A stretch of DNA of 64,000 nt from Candidatus Nomurabacteria bacterium (GTDB lineage: Bacteria > Patescibacteriota > Minisyncoccia > Phycocordibacterales > UBA918), in the NCBI GenBank assembly GCA_020632075.1, contig JACKGH010000001.1:131216-195215 (forward strand). The letters are read 5' to 3'. Within the stretch, counting starts at the first letter, position 1. Each line of letters starts with the position of its first letter. Shown one piece after another: positions 26,401 to 34,437 of the stretch. Made by a program: the position numbers and the translations under genes. Below the pieces are notes generated by a model. That model was not told the DNA's origin. It saw only the letters and a list, made by a program, of their open reading frames with translations, and ran no database searches.

Positions 26401-27883
26401 TAATGCAGAAGTAGAAGCACGTATCGTGCTTCAGGACGGTGAAGAGATCATGAACGGTGGTGAAGGTAACCTTCTTCCACAGGTGATCCTTGGTGATGGC
26501 TCAACGGTGCCATTTGGAGAGTGGTTCAAGCTTTCTGAGGCAAATCCTGGTCCATCAGCTACTTGGATCGATGATGCTGAGACAGTAACCAATTACCCAA
26601 GTCCAGCAGACCTCGACGGACTCTTTGTGAGCCGTGAGGGTAACGGACAGGTAAAGGTGGCGCTCTACGGCTTCCATAACCCTGGTGGTGATGTGAACTA
26701 CGAGTCACTCCGTGCGACGATCGAGTTCAATGATGCTTCTGTCGCGTCTGCAGCCCAGATTCCAGGTGACTTCAAGCTTGAGAATCACCCAGAAGACGAC
26801 CTTGTACTCTCAAACGACAACTTCGATTCATTCGCAGTTGCGGGAGATTCAATGTCAGTTGATTTTGACTTCTGGGTAGATACTGCTGCTGATGGTATTA
26901 CCATTACCCTCGACGAGGATTCAGTTGCGACTTGTGACGAAGACACAGATCCAAAAGACCCAGAGCCAGATACCTTCATCATTGATGGTAAGAAGTATGG
27001 TGTAGATGGTGAAATCGCAACTGGTTTGGCTGGTTGGACCATTAACTTGACTGATGGTGATGAGATCATCATGAGTACTACTACTGATGAGACCGGATAC
27101 TACTACTTTGTGGTTGAGGAAGGTTACTACGAGGTGCACGAGGCTATGCAGACCGACTGGGTGCAGGTAGAAGTCGACGAGAACGGTTATCCAGTAGATA
27201 CAGACTCTGATCTTGAGCACTGTTCATTTGAGGTCTACGAGTATGACTACCTCTATGCTCGCGTGACCGAACAGCTTGTACAGGTCGCGCCAAACGGATA
27301 CGACTGTGACTTCTACAACGAGTATGTGGGAGACGATGAGCCAGAAGATGTGCTTGGCTGTACTGATCCAGACGCATTGAACTATGTTGAAAATGCGACA
27401 CTGGGTAACAAGGACGCTGAGAACTGCAACTACTCAGATGATGGCGATAATGAAGAAGAGCCAGGTGATCAAACTGGTACCCGAACCCGACGTCCTGCAC
27501 CTGAAGGTCAGGTACTCGGCGCAACCACCCAGTGTCCATTCCTTGAGGACTATATGCAGATCGGTTGGGAGAATGATCCATGGGAGGTCACTAAGCTACA
27601 GCTCTTCCTCAGTGCTTTCCGCAGTCTCTTTGGTGGCGGTGAACAGCCAGTAACTGGTGTGTTCGACCGAACCACAGACGCAAACGTGAAGGCCTTCCAG
27701 GAGTACTTCCGTAGCGAAGTGCTTGATCCATGGTACGTGAAGGGAATTGTGCCGCATGACCAGCCAACTGGCTTTGTGTACAAGACCACACGATGGAAGA
27801 TCAACGATATCATCTGTCCAGGCTGGGAAGCATACCCAAGCTTCGATGGTGAGAATCTACAGTCTAACGTAGATATCGACTAA
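23480..27883 (+). CDS. Large secreted surface protein (1467 aa) with a DUF4114-like motif and a C-terminal peptidoglycan-binding-like domain
   Basis: Signal peptide. VLAFEDRPESHEGYDNDHNDLVLKVEV matches the EDL..GGD.DFNDLV signature of DUF4114. C-terminal GVFDRTTDANVKAFQEYF resembles PG_binding_1. The protein is acidic and Thr/Asp-rich. Confidence 0.75.
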   Translation: MNNSFIFSRRTITARVYAIVTIVSLLLSAFPASFFVAEAAVGPTIEPQEEPVTVFVTGEEVPFTADDNGFADGQTVYVSLASSNGGVFSTGNNGGACTSDFDKTSITIASNKSTASFCYKNDTAGSDTITATFSSDGETDVIVTYDVTLVTAPGYFCKAEGNEGFHKQTLNPAEAQELHDGDDAGLIGPGVNEHNIIPPFGDFPGYNWDAAGEAIFGNDCVEPVVIDVCPNIDGPQSEVPADHHIDQAGNCVEDQQPPEKVDNTCLLPDGDFEAFTRGPILYPAEDTLEEIFAAAGYGSVDVDNEQMSTETWSLESLDTDTVTLKVTVLGKQAGNTQTFGYYAAGNTGSFVSLLSVPTAVVGDSVEVEIPGQTIGFGLMTVGNPSGSWYSEFDLNSGDQDNLAVYNPEENVYLLAFEDRPESHEGYDNDHNDLVLKVEVLECTEGPGECVPERYVFADNVGSSNQGLTKGGAAVAVNRSNPEDATGDPDWTSGGSTGFYSLGFGGWIIVSFDKYVVNVEGNDLSIHEATNGTYPLEKARVEVSQNGSEWHVLSEEAHNDSSEGGDGVTLLDFDETGLSWIKYVLITDTTDPSLHGNDADGFDLDTVDATYVVCDEPEPDPEMIAIHTYKVVCTDEADLPNWNTVQNGAPTITGNTAADWVAEHDSCRLVEGWQFQWAPYGTSNPGDALYGAAGGNWSTPFTGTTNILLSDLNDQNKLWMREVLEEDYIPFTFASEGSKNINDVTAEFYCHLDGLNYDNYDRIDGVEADGEYYCVAWNAPVEPDVEFGPYCGDGVVQGWEQCDEGSATDTCTAYCTNQCTDNLQLVKITLDPQAPESDSFDGMIYLGSESNPIPNGTWFNFAEVGDAAANHTALAATGLAVERTATDLVLAVEGGNANNHFDYVFGSIETLGIDLGAADRSPITGWPLENTGSYVDVFDVDEDTDSVDFKFWLTTGDDAASVAVNAGEAFDCPECNAEVEARIVLQDGEEIMNGGEGNLLPQVILGDGSTVPFGEWFKLSEANPGPSATWIDDAETVTNYPSPADLDGLFVSREGNGQVKVALYGFHNPGGDVNYESLRATIEFNDASVASAAQIPGDFKLENHPEDDLVLSNDNFDSFAVAGDSMSVDFDFWVDTAADGITITLDEDSVATCDEDTDPKDPEPDTFIIDGKKYGVDGEIATGLAGWTINLTDGDEIIMSTTTDETGYYYFVVEEGYYEVHEAMQTDWVQVEVDENGYPVDTDSDLEHCSFEVYEYDYLYARVTEQLVQVAPNGYDCDFYNEYVGDDEPEDVLGCTDPDALNYVENATLGNKDAENCNYSDDGDNEEEPGDQTGTRTRRPAPEGQVLGATTQCPFLEDYMQIGWENDPWEVTKLQLFLSAFRSLFGGGEQPVTGVFDRTTDANVKAFQEYFRSEVLDPWYVKGIVPHDQPTGFVYKTTRWKINDIICPGWEAYPSFDGENLQSNVDID

Positions 27884-27910
27884 GTTAGGAGGGAAGTGAA
27901 GATACAAAAA

Positions 27911-27935
27911 GGACCCTATACACAGGGTCCTTTTT
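27911..27935 (+). terminator. Rho-independent terminator GGACCCT-atacac-AGGGTCC + TTTTT
   Basis: Read directly from the sequence; an A-run precedes it. Confidence 0.75.
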
Positions 27936-27980
27936 GTATGTGTTGACAAAACAATAATTTATGACGTAAAATACTAGGAC

Positions 27981-29120
27981 ATGAATATTGGTGAAGCGCC
28001 AGTCCGCGGTTTGCATACACTACAAAAGATCTCAATGTCACTCATGGGAGTGCTTGTTTTGTTGACGTTCATTGGCGCTAATCTTCATGCACTGTTGTGG
28101 CAGTCTTCAGAGTGGCTCGTTTCGACGGTATTGCCAGCAGTGGTTGTTGATCTCACTAATGAGGAGCGTGCGGAACTTTCAGCCGCGCCGCTTCAGCGAA
28201 ATGCGCTCTTAGACGAAGCGGCGCGGCTGAAGGCCGAACATATGGCTAAGAACGAGTACTTCGCTCACTACAGTCCATCTGGTGTTTCACCATGGCATTG
28301 GTTCAATGAAGTTGGCTATGTCTACGCACACGCCGGTGAAAACCTGGCGATCCACTTCACTGATTCAGATGAAGTGGTTGAGGCGTGGATGGATTCGCCA
28401 ACACACCGTCAGAATATTATTGATCCAAAGTACACCGAGATCGGTGTTGGTACTGCTAAAGGTACGTATGAAGGTTACAACACGGTATACGTCGTGCAAC
28501 TGTTTGGTGCTCCGGCTGTAGCGCCAGCGCCAAGACCTGTTCCAGTCGCACCAACTCCAACTCCGGCACCAGAACCACTTGTGGTGGCCAGTGCTCCTGA
28601 ACAAGTGGTTGAGGCTGTTCCAGAACTAGCTTCTCTGCCTGTTCCGGTGCCGGTTGCAGTAGATTCTGAATCTACATCTCGGGCTGAGGTGATCGAAGAG
28701 GCTGCTATAGAGACTCCGGTTGTGGTAGCTGTCGAAGAGACGTCAGCACCAGAATCTGCACCAATAGCAGAACCTGAGCCTACTGAAGAGCAAACTATTA
28801 GCTTCATCAATGATGTTGTGGTGGTCAGCTCGCCAGTCATCGCTACTTCTTCTGGCCTTGCTGTAGCTGAGATCATAGTGCCTCAAGAGCAGCCTGCAGG
28901 TGCAACCATTGTATCGTATGCTACGCGACCAAATGAAGTGTTGCAGTGGACCTACTTTGTACTTGGTACACTTGTGCTACTCATGCTCAGTACTTCGATT
29001 GCGCTTGGTCTGCGACGATTGCACTACGTGCAAGTGGCATATGGATTTGCTCTCATTATTGCAATGGGGGGACTTTGGTACGCACACTCACTTCTCACGA
29101 CTGGCGCAGTCATTGTCTAG
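27981..29120 (+). CDS. CAP/SCP/PR-1 domain protein (YkwD-like), with a Pro/Ala/Val-rich linker and C-terminal TM helices
   Basis: EAWMDSPTHRQNIIDPKYTEIGVGT is the CAP signature H-R-x-N-il..y..iG-G. The PAPxPV linker and two C-terminal hydrophobic helices follow. Confidence 0.7.
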   Translation: MNIGEAPVRGLHTLQKISMSLMGVLVLLTFIGANLHALLWQSSEWLVSTVLPAVVVDLTNEERAELSAAPLQRNALLDEAARLKAEHMAKNEYFAHYSPSGVSPWHWFNEVGYVYAHAGENLAIHFTDSDEVVEAWMDSPTHRQNIIDPKYTEIGVGTAKGTYEGYNTVYVVQLFGAPAVAPAPRPVPVAPTPTPAPEPLVVASAPEQVVEAVPELASLPVPVPVAVDSESTSRAEVIEEAAIETPVVVAVEETSAPESAPIAEPEPTEEQTISFINDVVVVSSPVIATSSGLAVAEIIVPQEQPAGATIVSYATRPNEVLQWTYFVLGTLVLLMLSTSIALGLRRLHYVQVAYGFALIIAMGGLWYAHSLLTTGAVIV

Positions 29121-29147
29121 TCGCCTTCTTTTGATACTATTAGTGGC

Positions 29148-29594
29148 ATGACAAAGCCACAGCATAAGGTTCTGGTCACTTCAGCTCGACCTGCCGTGTC
29201 CAAAGGGTCACAAGAGCACGACCTCTTTGCTTCAAGACCAGCTGCCGGCTTCCCTGCGCCTGGCGATGATCTGGTGGAGCGTCCACTTGATCTCAATGAT
29301 CTGATGGTTGAACATCCAACCGCAACCTTTTTCGTGCGGGTATCAGGTGATTCTATGGAAGGAGCTCGGATTTTTGATGGTGATATTCTTGTAGTAGATC
29401 GTTCGATTGAGCCTAAGAACGGCCTGATTGTAGTGGCTGCGGTCTACGGCGAGTTGGTAGTGAAGCGTTTGCGTAAGCTGTCTGGTGGTATGGCGCTCGT
29501 TTCAGAGCAAGAAGGCTACGAACCGATCAGTATTGATGAGGCCGAAGGATGTTATATTTGGGGTGTAGTGACCGGCAGTGCGCGGGTTTTTTAG
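29148..29594 (+). CDS. umuD: S24 LexA/UmuD-like self-cleaving peptidase; no HTH, so UmuD-like
   Basis: Ser nucleophile in SGDSM, Lys in VVKRL. ~148 aa with no DNA-binding N-domain. Confidence 0.7.
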   Translation: MTKPQHKVLVTSARPAVSKGSQEHDLFASRPAAGFPAPGDDLVERPLDLNDLMVEHPTATFFVRVSGDSMEGARIFDGDILVVDRSIEPKNGLIVVAAVYGELVVKRLRKLSGGMALVSEQEGYEPISIDEAEGCYIWGVVTGSARVF

Positions 29595-29627
29595 TAAGAA
29601 ATAGACAGTAAATTCGTCCTCGAACAT

Positions 29628-30812
29628 ATGAATACAAGAGTAACAAAATGGGGGTTTGTCGCCATGCTGGCGCTTTTTATCACAACGCCACTTTCGGTTG
29701 ACGCTCGTGAGCAAGTAGCAGCTTGGCTACCATGGTGGTCTGAAGAGGCTGGGATCGAAAGTGCGACAAAGCACATGAAGAAGATCGATATTCTGTACCC
29801 ATTCGTGTTCGAGGTGAAGGAGGACGGTTCCCTTTTGAATCGCGTTGATTTTGATGATAAGCAGTGGGAAGACCTCTTTGATGAGGCTGATGATGAGCGT
29901 GTAAAAGTGATCCCGACTGTGATGTGGTTCGATGGAGATGCGATCCATGAGGTTTTGAGCGACAGAAAGGCTCGCAAGGAGCACATCGATGAGATCGCGC
30001 GAATGGTGCGTAAATACCGCTTTGATGGGGTAAATATTGACTATGAAGGGAAGTTGTCGGAGACGATCGATGACTACTCTGATTTCCTCAAGGAACTCAA
30101 TGATGAGCTTGGCCGTCGTCGCTATCTTACCTGTACGGTAGAGGCTCGCACTCCCCCAGAATCACGATGGAAAGAAGTGCCAGAAGTAATCAACTATGCC
30201 AATGATTATGAAGCAATGAACAAGCACTGTGATTGGATCGAAATCATGGCCTATGACCAGCAGCGAGCCGACTTAAAGCTCAATGACGAGCGTCGTGGGG
30301 TACCGTATATGCCAGTGGCAGACACCGAATGGGTAGAAAAGGTGGTAGAACTTGCGCTTGAGGATTTTGATGAAGATAAGGTATTACTCGGCGTACCGAC
30401 TTACGGACGAGCCTGGGATGTGACGGTGGCGGCCGATTGGTATCGAGATTACGAGCGGGTAGCTTCGCTTAATCATCCACGCATCATGGAACTGGCTGAT
30501 AAGTACGACGCACCAATCGGCCGCACTGAAGGCGGCGAAGCAGTGATCAGCTACTTCCCTGAGGATTCTGTCTGGAAGATCTTTAATGCGCTACCGACCC
30601 CCAAAGGCACCCCAAAGGGCTTTGAAGCTGCCGCTAAAGCGCTTATGGTAGCGACTTATGCCGATATTGAGATCCCGGTTCGAGTCGTGATCTGGAGCGA
30701 TGCTGAAGCGATCGATGAGAAGCTTGATCTGGTGAAAAAGTACGACCTCAAGGGAACTGCGATCTTTAAGGTTGACGGCGAGGAAGATCCGGACGTGTGG
30801 AAGCTTTTCTAG
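29628..30812 (+). CDS. Glycoside hydrolase family 18 (chitinase/peptidoglycan-hydrolase-like), secreted
   Basis: Signal peptide. Catalytic motif FDGVNIDYEG (D-x-x-D-x-D-x-E). IEIMAYDQQ. Confidence 0.7.
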   Translation: MNTRVTKWGFVAMLALFITTPLSVDAREQVAAWLPWWSEEAGIESATKHMKKIDILYPFVFEVKEDGSLLNRVDFDDKQWEDLFDEADDERVKVIPTVMWFDGDAIHEVLSDRKARKEHIDEIARMVRKYRFDGVNIDYEGKLSETIDDYSDFLKELNDELGRRRYLTCTVEARTPPESRWKEVPEVINYANDYEAMNKHCDWIEIMAYDQQRADLKLNDERRGVPYMPVADTEWVEKVVELALEDFDEDKVLLGVPTYGRAWDVTVAADWYRDYERVASLNHPRIMELADKYDAPIGRTEGGEAVISYFPEDSVWKIFNALPTPKGTPKGFEAAAKALMVATYADIEIPVRVVIWSDAEAIDEKLDLVKKYDLKGTAIFKVDGEEDPDVWKLF

Positions 30813-30832
30813 GATAGAAGACAGAGAGGAAA

Positions 30833-30868
30833 AACCGGCCCCCGAAGGGGCCGGCCGGTTCTTTTATT
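30833..30868 (+). terminator. Rho-independent terminator (AACCGGCCCC-cgaa-GGGGCCGG(ccgg)TT + T-run), related to palindrome family B
   Basis: Read directly from the sequence. Confidence 0.65.
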
Positions 30869-30977
30869 TTCTCCCAGTAGAAACACAAACTCTAGGTCTT
30901 ATATTGACATAATGTTTTATTTGGTACATAATTATCAACTAGTTGTAGACCTGAATCACAATATCAACCAGGAGATG

Positions 30978-31523
30978 CTCATGAGCAAAAAGGTATTTAA
31001 TGTTGTTTGGGTGTCGACGATGCTCTTCATCGTCCTCGCGTTCTATTCAATGGAGGATGTGTCATGGTGGTGGAGTCTTTGGCCGTTCTCCGGCCTCGCC
31101 AGCTGGATGGTCCATATGTATCAGATTTTCCGCTGGAGGGAGACTGATCCACTGGAATTCAATCGTGTGAGTCGTGATTGGGATGGTCCAGACGACACCG
31201 GCGGTGACCTACCGATTATGCTGGGGTTTGGTCCGATCGTGTTAGTGTTCGAAATCGCATTTTTGGCACACAACTGGAACGACCTTAAGATAAGGAGAAG
31301 TTCCCAGCAGTCTTCCGGTAGGGCGCACAGTACGAAGCGTTGTCCTGAATGCGGCAGCATCATGTCGTACGACGATGGTGTCTCCAGTTGTCATTCCTGC
31401 GACGTGCATGTCAATTCGAGGTGTGAGCAGCTCGATGATGCAGTAAGGTCAATTGACATGGAAGCGCTTAAGAAAATGATGGATGAGAAGGGTTTGAGCA
31501 GTATCACCATTCCCATCCGTTAA
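30978..31523 (+). CDS. Membrane protein with C-terminal zinc ribbon, hypothetical
   Basis: GGAG RBS before ATG 30978. Trp-rich TM region; CPECGS...CHSC. Confidence 0.45.
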   Translation, partial: LMSKKVFNVVWVSTMLFIVLAFYSMEDVSWWWSLWPFSGLASWMVHMYQIFRWRETDPLEFNRVSRDWDGPDDTGGDLPIMLGFGPIVLVFEIAFLAHNWNDLKIRRSSQQSSGRAHSTKRCPECGSIMSYDDGVSSCHSCDVHVNSRCEQLDDAVRSIDMEALKKMMDEKGLSSITIPIR

Positions 31524-31538
31524 CATCAAAGTTCCCTC

Positions 31539-31570
31539 ATCGCCCGGTTCTGACACCGGGCGATTTTTTA
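31539..31570 (+). terminator. Rho-independent terminator ATCGCCCGGT-tctgac-ACCGGGCGAT + T6
   Basis: 10-bp perfect stem. Confidence 0.75.
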
Positions 31571-31617
31571 TGATTCAATTTGAGTTTTACTACTCAAAGA
31601 TTGCTATACTATCCAGA

Positions 31618-32868
31618 ATGAAACATGCCTGGATCGGTCTCCTTGATTGCAACAACTTCTTTGCGTCGTGCGAGCGGCTGTTTCGGCCGGATCTGGTAGG
31701 GAAGCCGGTTTTGGTACTTTCAAGTAATGACGGTTGTGTGGTGGCGCGCTCCCAAGAGGTAAAGGACATTGGTGTCCCCATGGGTGTCCCTTACTTTCAG
31801 ATAAAGGACATAGTGAAAAAACATAGTATTACAACGTTTTCTTCGCATTTCGCACTCTATCGCGATATTTCGCGGCGAGTGATGACGGTCTTACGTGAAC
31901 AGCTCGATACTGTCGAACAGTACTCGGTAGATGAGGCATTTTTTACTGTCACTGAGCACCCTGAAGAGGTAGCAAAGCGACTGAAACAGGAAGTGGAACG
32001 AGTGGTAGGGATCCCGGTTTCGGTTGGTATCGCACGCACCAAAACCCTCGCAAAATACGCCAATGTTCTTGCCAAAAAAGGCGTAGGAATTAGGGTACTT
32101 GATACGCCTGAATTGCTCACAACTGCCTCACAGATCCCCCTAGTAGCCATCTGGGGAGTAGGAGGCAAAATGGAGCTTCGTTACAAGCAACACGGCCTTG
32201 CAACGGTGGCGGATTTGCTGGCGGCAGACACTGCTCGGATCAGTCGATTGTTTGGTATTTCTGGCCTGCGTTTGCAGCGTGAACTCAGTGGCGAGCCGTC
32301 GTATTTTGTAGCGCCACGACTCGAACCGCAGCAGAGCATTATGAGCTCGCGTTCGTTTAAAAATACCGTTTCTGACTCATCTACGCTCATGGATGCAGTG
32401 GCGTATCACGTACGTCATGTGGCGGCTGATCTCCGCAAAATGGAGCAGGGTGCAACGCAGCTTGCAGTCTCCATTCGGCCGAGTAGACACGGGGATTTTA
32501 TGCTGCGTGGCGGTACGGTTTTGACTACGTTTGATACACCGACCAGTGACTCGTTTGAGCTTATGCGGGCTGCTGCACGGTTGACGGAGAAGCTGTATGA
32601 GGCGGGTGTGCCATACAAGAAAGCTGGAGTGACGGTGAGTGGCTTGCGTTCACTTGAGGTGCAGCAGGAATCGCTATTTGAACCAGCATCTACACCCAAG
32701 GCTACGGCGGCGGTTTCTGAGCTTATCGATACACTCAATGATCATACAGGCAGGGAAGTAGTGTTGCTTGGTAGTCGACTTAAAAGCCAGAAGTGGCAGT
32801 CGCGCCATGATGTGCGCTCGCCGGCATATACGACGCGTTGGTCTGATGTTGCTTCTGTGTCCGCATAA
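31618..32868 (+). CDS. umuC: Y-family translesion DNA polymerase (UmuC/DinB-like)
   Basis: The N-terminal motif is LLDCNNFFASCERLFRPDL (the DCNSFYASCE signature). SVDEAFF carries the catalytic D-E. A GIA..K-LAK HhH block is present. The start is taken at MKHAWIG (31618) rather than 31570. Confidence 0.85.
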   Translation: MKHAWIGLLDCNNFFASCERLFRPDLVGKPVLVLSSNDGCVVARSQEVKDIGVPMGVPYFQIKDIVKKHSITTFSSHFALYRDISRRVMTVLREQLDTVEQYSVDEAFFTVTEHPEEVAKRLKQEVERVVGIPVSVGIARTKTLAKYANVLAKKGVGIRVLDTPELLTTASQIPLVAIWGVGGKMELRYKQHGLATVADLLAADTARISRLFGISGLRLQRELSGEPSYFVAPRLEPQQSIMSSRSFKNTVSDSSTLMDAVAYHVRHVAADLRKMEQGATQLAVSIRPSRHGDFMLRGGTVLTTFDTPTSDSFELMRAAARLTEKLYEAGVPYKKAGVTVSGLRSLEVQQESLFEPASTPKATAAVSELIDTLNDHTGREVVLLGSRLKSQKWQSRHDVRSPAYTTRWSDVASVSA

Positions 32869-33184
32869 AACATAATCGACATTTGTACTTAACTTTCTAT
32901 AAGCGTCATGTCTCATCGAACTCAATTTTTCATTGAAAATGCACGATTTTACACTAATGCAAAGGTCAGTCAAAAATAGTTATCAACAGATACTTTCGGA
33001 CAAAGTAAAAAAGACCTAGTAGAATGTTGGAAGATCGATTGAAGTGACGAAGTGTCCATAACAGGCTGAGCCTTTTCAAAACATTGGATACCGAGTCATC
33101 TCCACAGAAAACTTCAATCGAGAACTTCCTCGTTTGTACAACGCAGAAGTAAAAGTTATTCACAAAACTATATAAATAATAAAC

Positions 33185-34330
33185 ATGTTCGCAAAAGCAA
33201 CTAATGTTGGCTTTGCGCAACGGGTGGTCGCGACACTTGTTGCTAGTGCAATGTTACTCTGGTCAATCGGAGTGTATAGCACTGCGCAAGCAGCCAACCT
33301 AACAGTTATTAGTGATACCCTCTCAGACTCAGATTTGTCAGCTGTATCAAATCACACCATTACCTTCTCCACTCCTTCGGGAGTAGCTGCTGATGGTTCA
33401 ACAATCACCATCGACTTTACTGATGGTCCGTTTGATACAACGGGTCTCTCATTTGATGATGTTGATGTAAGTGTTGTTGGTACTGGTGACCTTACACTTG
33501 CAGCAGTTTGTGGAGGTGGTGGTGATGATATTGGCGCTGCCTTCGCTGGTAATGTGCTTACTCTAACAGTTTGTACTGGTGAAGGTGGTGCAATCGCTGC
33601 ATTCGGCACAACTACTATTGAGATCGGAACAAACGCAACGTTCCAAACAACTGGTAACAATCAGATCGTAAATCCAGGTGTAGCTGGCTCATACGAGTTT
33701 GTCGTTACTGCGGGGACAGCTCCAGATACAGGTCGCATGAGGGTAGCTATCATTGACAACGTACTCGTTACGGCTATCGTCGATACGTCCTTTGACTTCA
33801 CTATTTATGGTACTGCAACTGGTACCGCAGTTAACGGAACAACCACTAGCGGTTCATCCACTCCAACCACGATTCCATTCGGAACTATTGGTAACGGTGA
33901 TGTAAAGACCATTGCACAACGCCTAACAGTAGCTACTAACGCTCGTAACGGATTCGTAGTAACGGTGCACACAGACGGTGACCTTCAGTCTTCAACTGGT
34001 GCTATCATAGACACCTTTGCCAACGGGGCAGACTTATCAACTACCTCGAACTCCTGGGTGTCGCCAGCCAACATCGTAACCGATGAAACTACGTGGGGTC
34101 ACTGGGGTATGACCTATGACGATGATGCTACAGTAGACCTTGGAGCAAATGAATACGTAGCAGCTTCAACAACGCCGCGAGAAGTCTTCAGTCACGATGG
34201 TCCAGCAGATGAATGGACAACAAATATTGGTTCAACAACTGTTGGATACCAGATCGAGATCACGGCACTTCAAGAAGCGGCAGATGACTATAGTACTATC
34301 TTGACGTACATAGCAACTCCGACCTTCTAA
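33185..34330 (+). CDS. Secreted Thr/Gly-rich surface protein; its N-terminal motif is shared with 36017..37918
   Basis: Signal peptide. SDTLSDSDLSAVSNHTITF has a parallel SDTLSDSGPNEQSNHTFKF in the dockerin protein. The C-terminal Y-x-T-I-L-T-Y-I-A-T-P weakly resembles a WxL-type C-terminal motif. Confidence 0.55.
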   Translation: MFAKATNVGFAQRVVATLVASAMLLWSIGVYSTAQAANLTVISDTLSDSDLSAVSNHTITFSTPSGVAADGSTITIDFTDGPFDTTGLSFDDVDVSVVGTGDLTLAAVCGGGGDDIGAAFAGNVLTLTVCTGEGGAIAAFGTTTIEIGTNATFQTTGNNQIVNPGVAGSYEFVVTAGTAPDTGRMRVAIIDNVLVTAIVDTSFDFTIYGTATGTAVNGTTTSGSSTPTTIPFGTIGNGDVKTIAQRLTVATNARNGFVVTVHTDGDLQSSTGAIIDTFANGADLSTTSNSWVSPANIVTDETTWGHWGMTYDDDATVDLGANEYVAASTTPREVFSHDGPADEWTTNIGSTTVGYQIEITALQEAADDYSTILTYIATPTF

Positions 34331-34351
34331 GTTCTAACGATGCAAACAAAA

Positions 34352-34376
34352 AACTTCCTTTACTGGAAGTTTTTTG
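34352..34376 (+). terminator. Rho-independent terminator AACTTCC-tttact-GGAAGTT + T-run
   Basis: Read directly from the sequence. Confidence 0.65.
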
Positions 34377-34437
34377 TTGTATACAACCCGGGTCTCACAC
34401 TGCTGTAAGGTGGTATGATGGTAAGGTTAATCTTTAA

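Noticed and set aside
28475-28876. 133-aa minus-strand Gly/Ala/Thr/Ser-rich ORF inside the CAP-domain gene
   Set aside because: It is the reverse complement of the Pro/Ala/Val-rich linker of 27981..29120, a low-complexity artefact.
32869-33184. 316-nt AT-rich intergenic region considered as an ncRNA or riboswitch
   Set aside because: It has no recognisable conserved RNA motif or terminator-like structure, so it is more simply a long promoter/5' UTR region for the surface-protein gene. It could still hide an sRNA.
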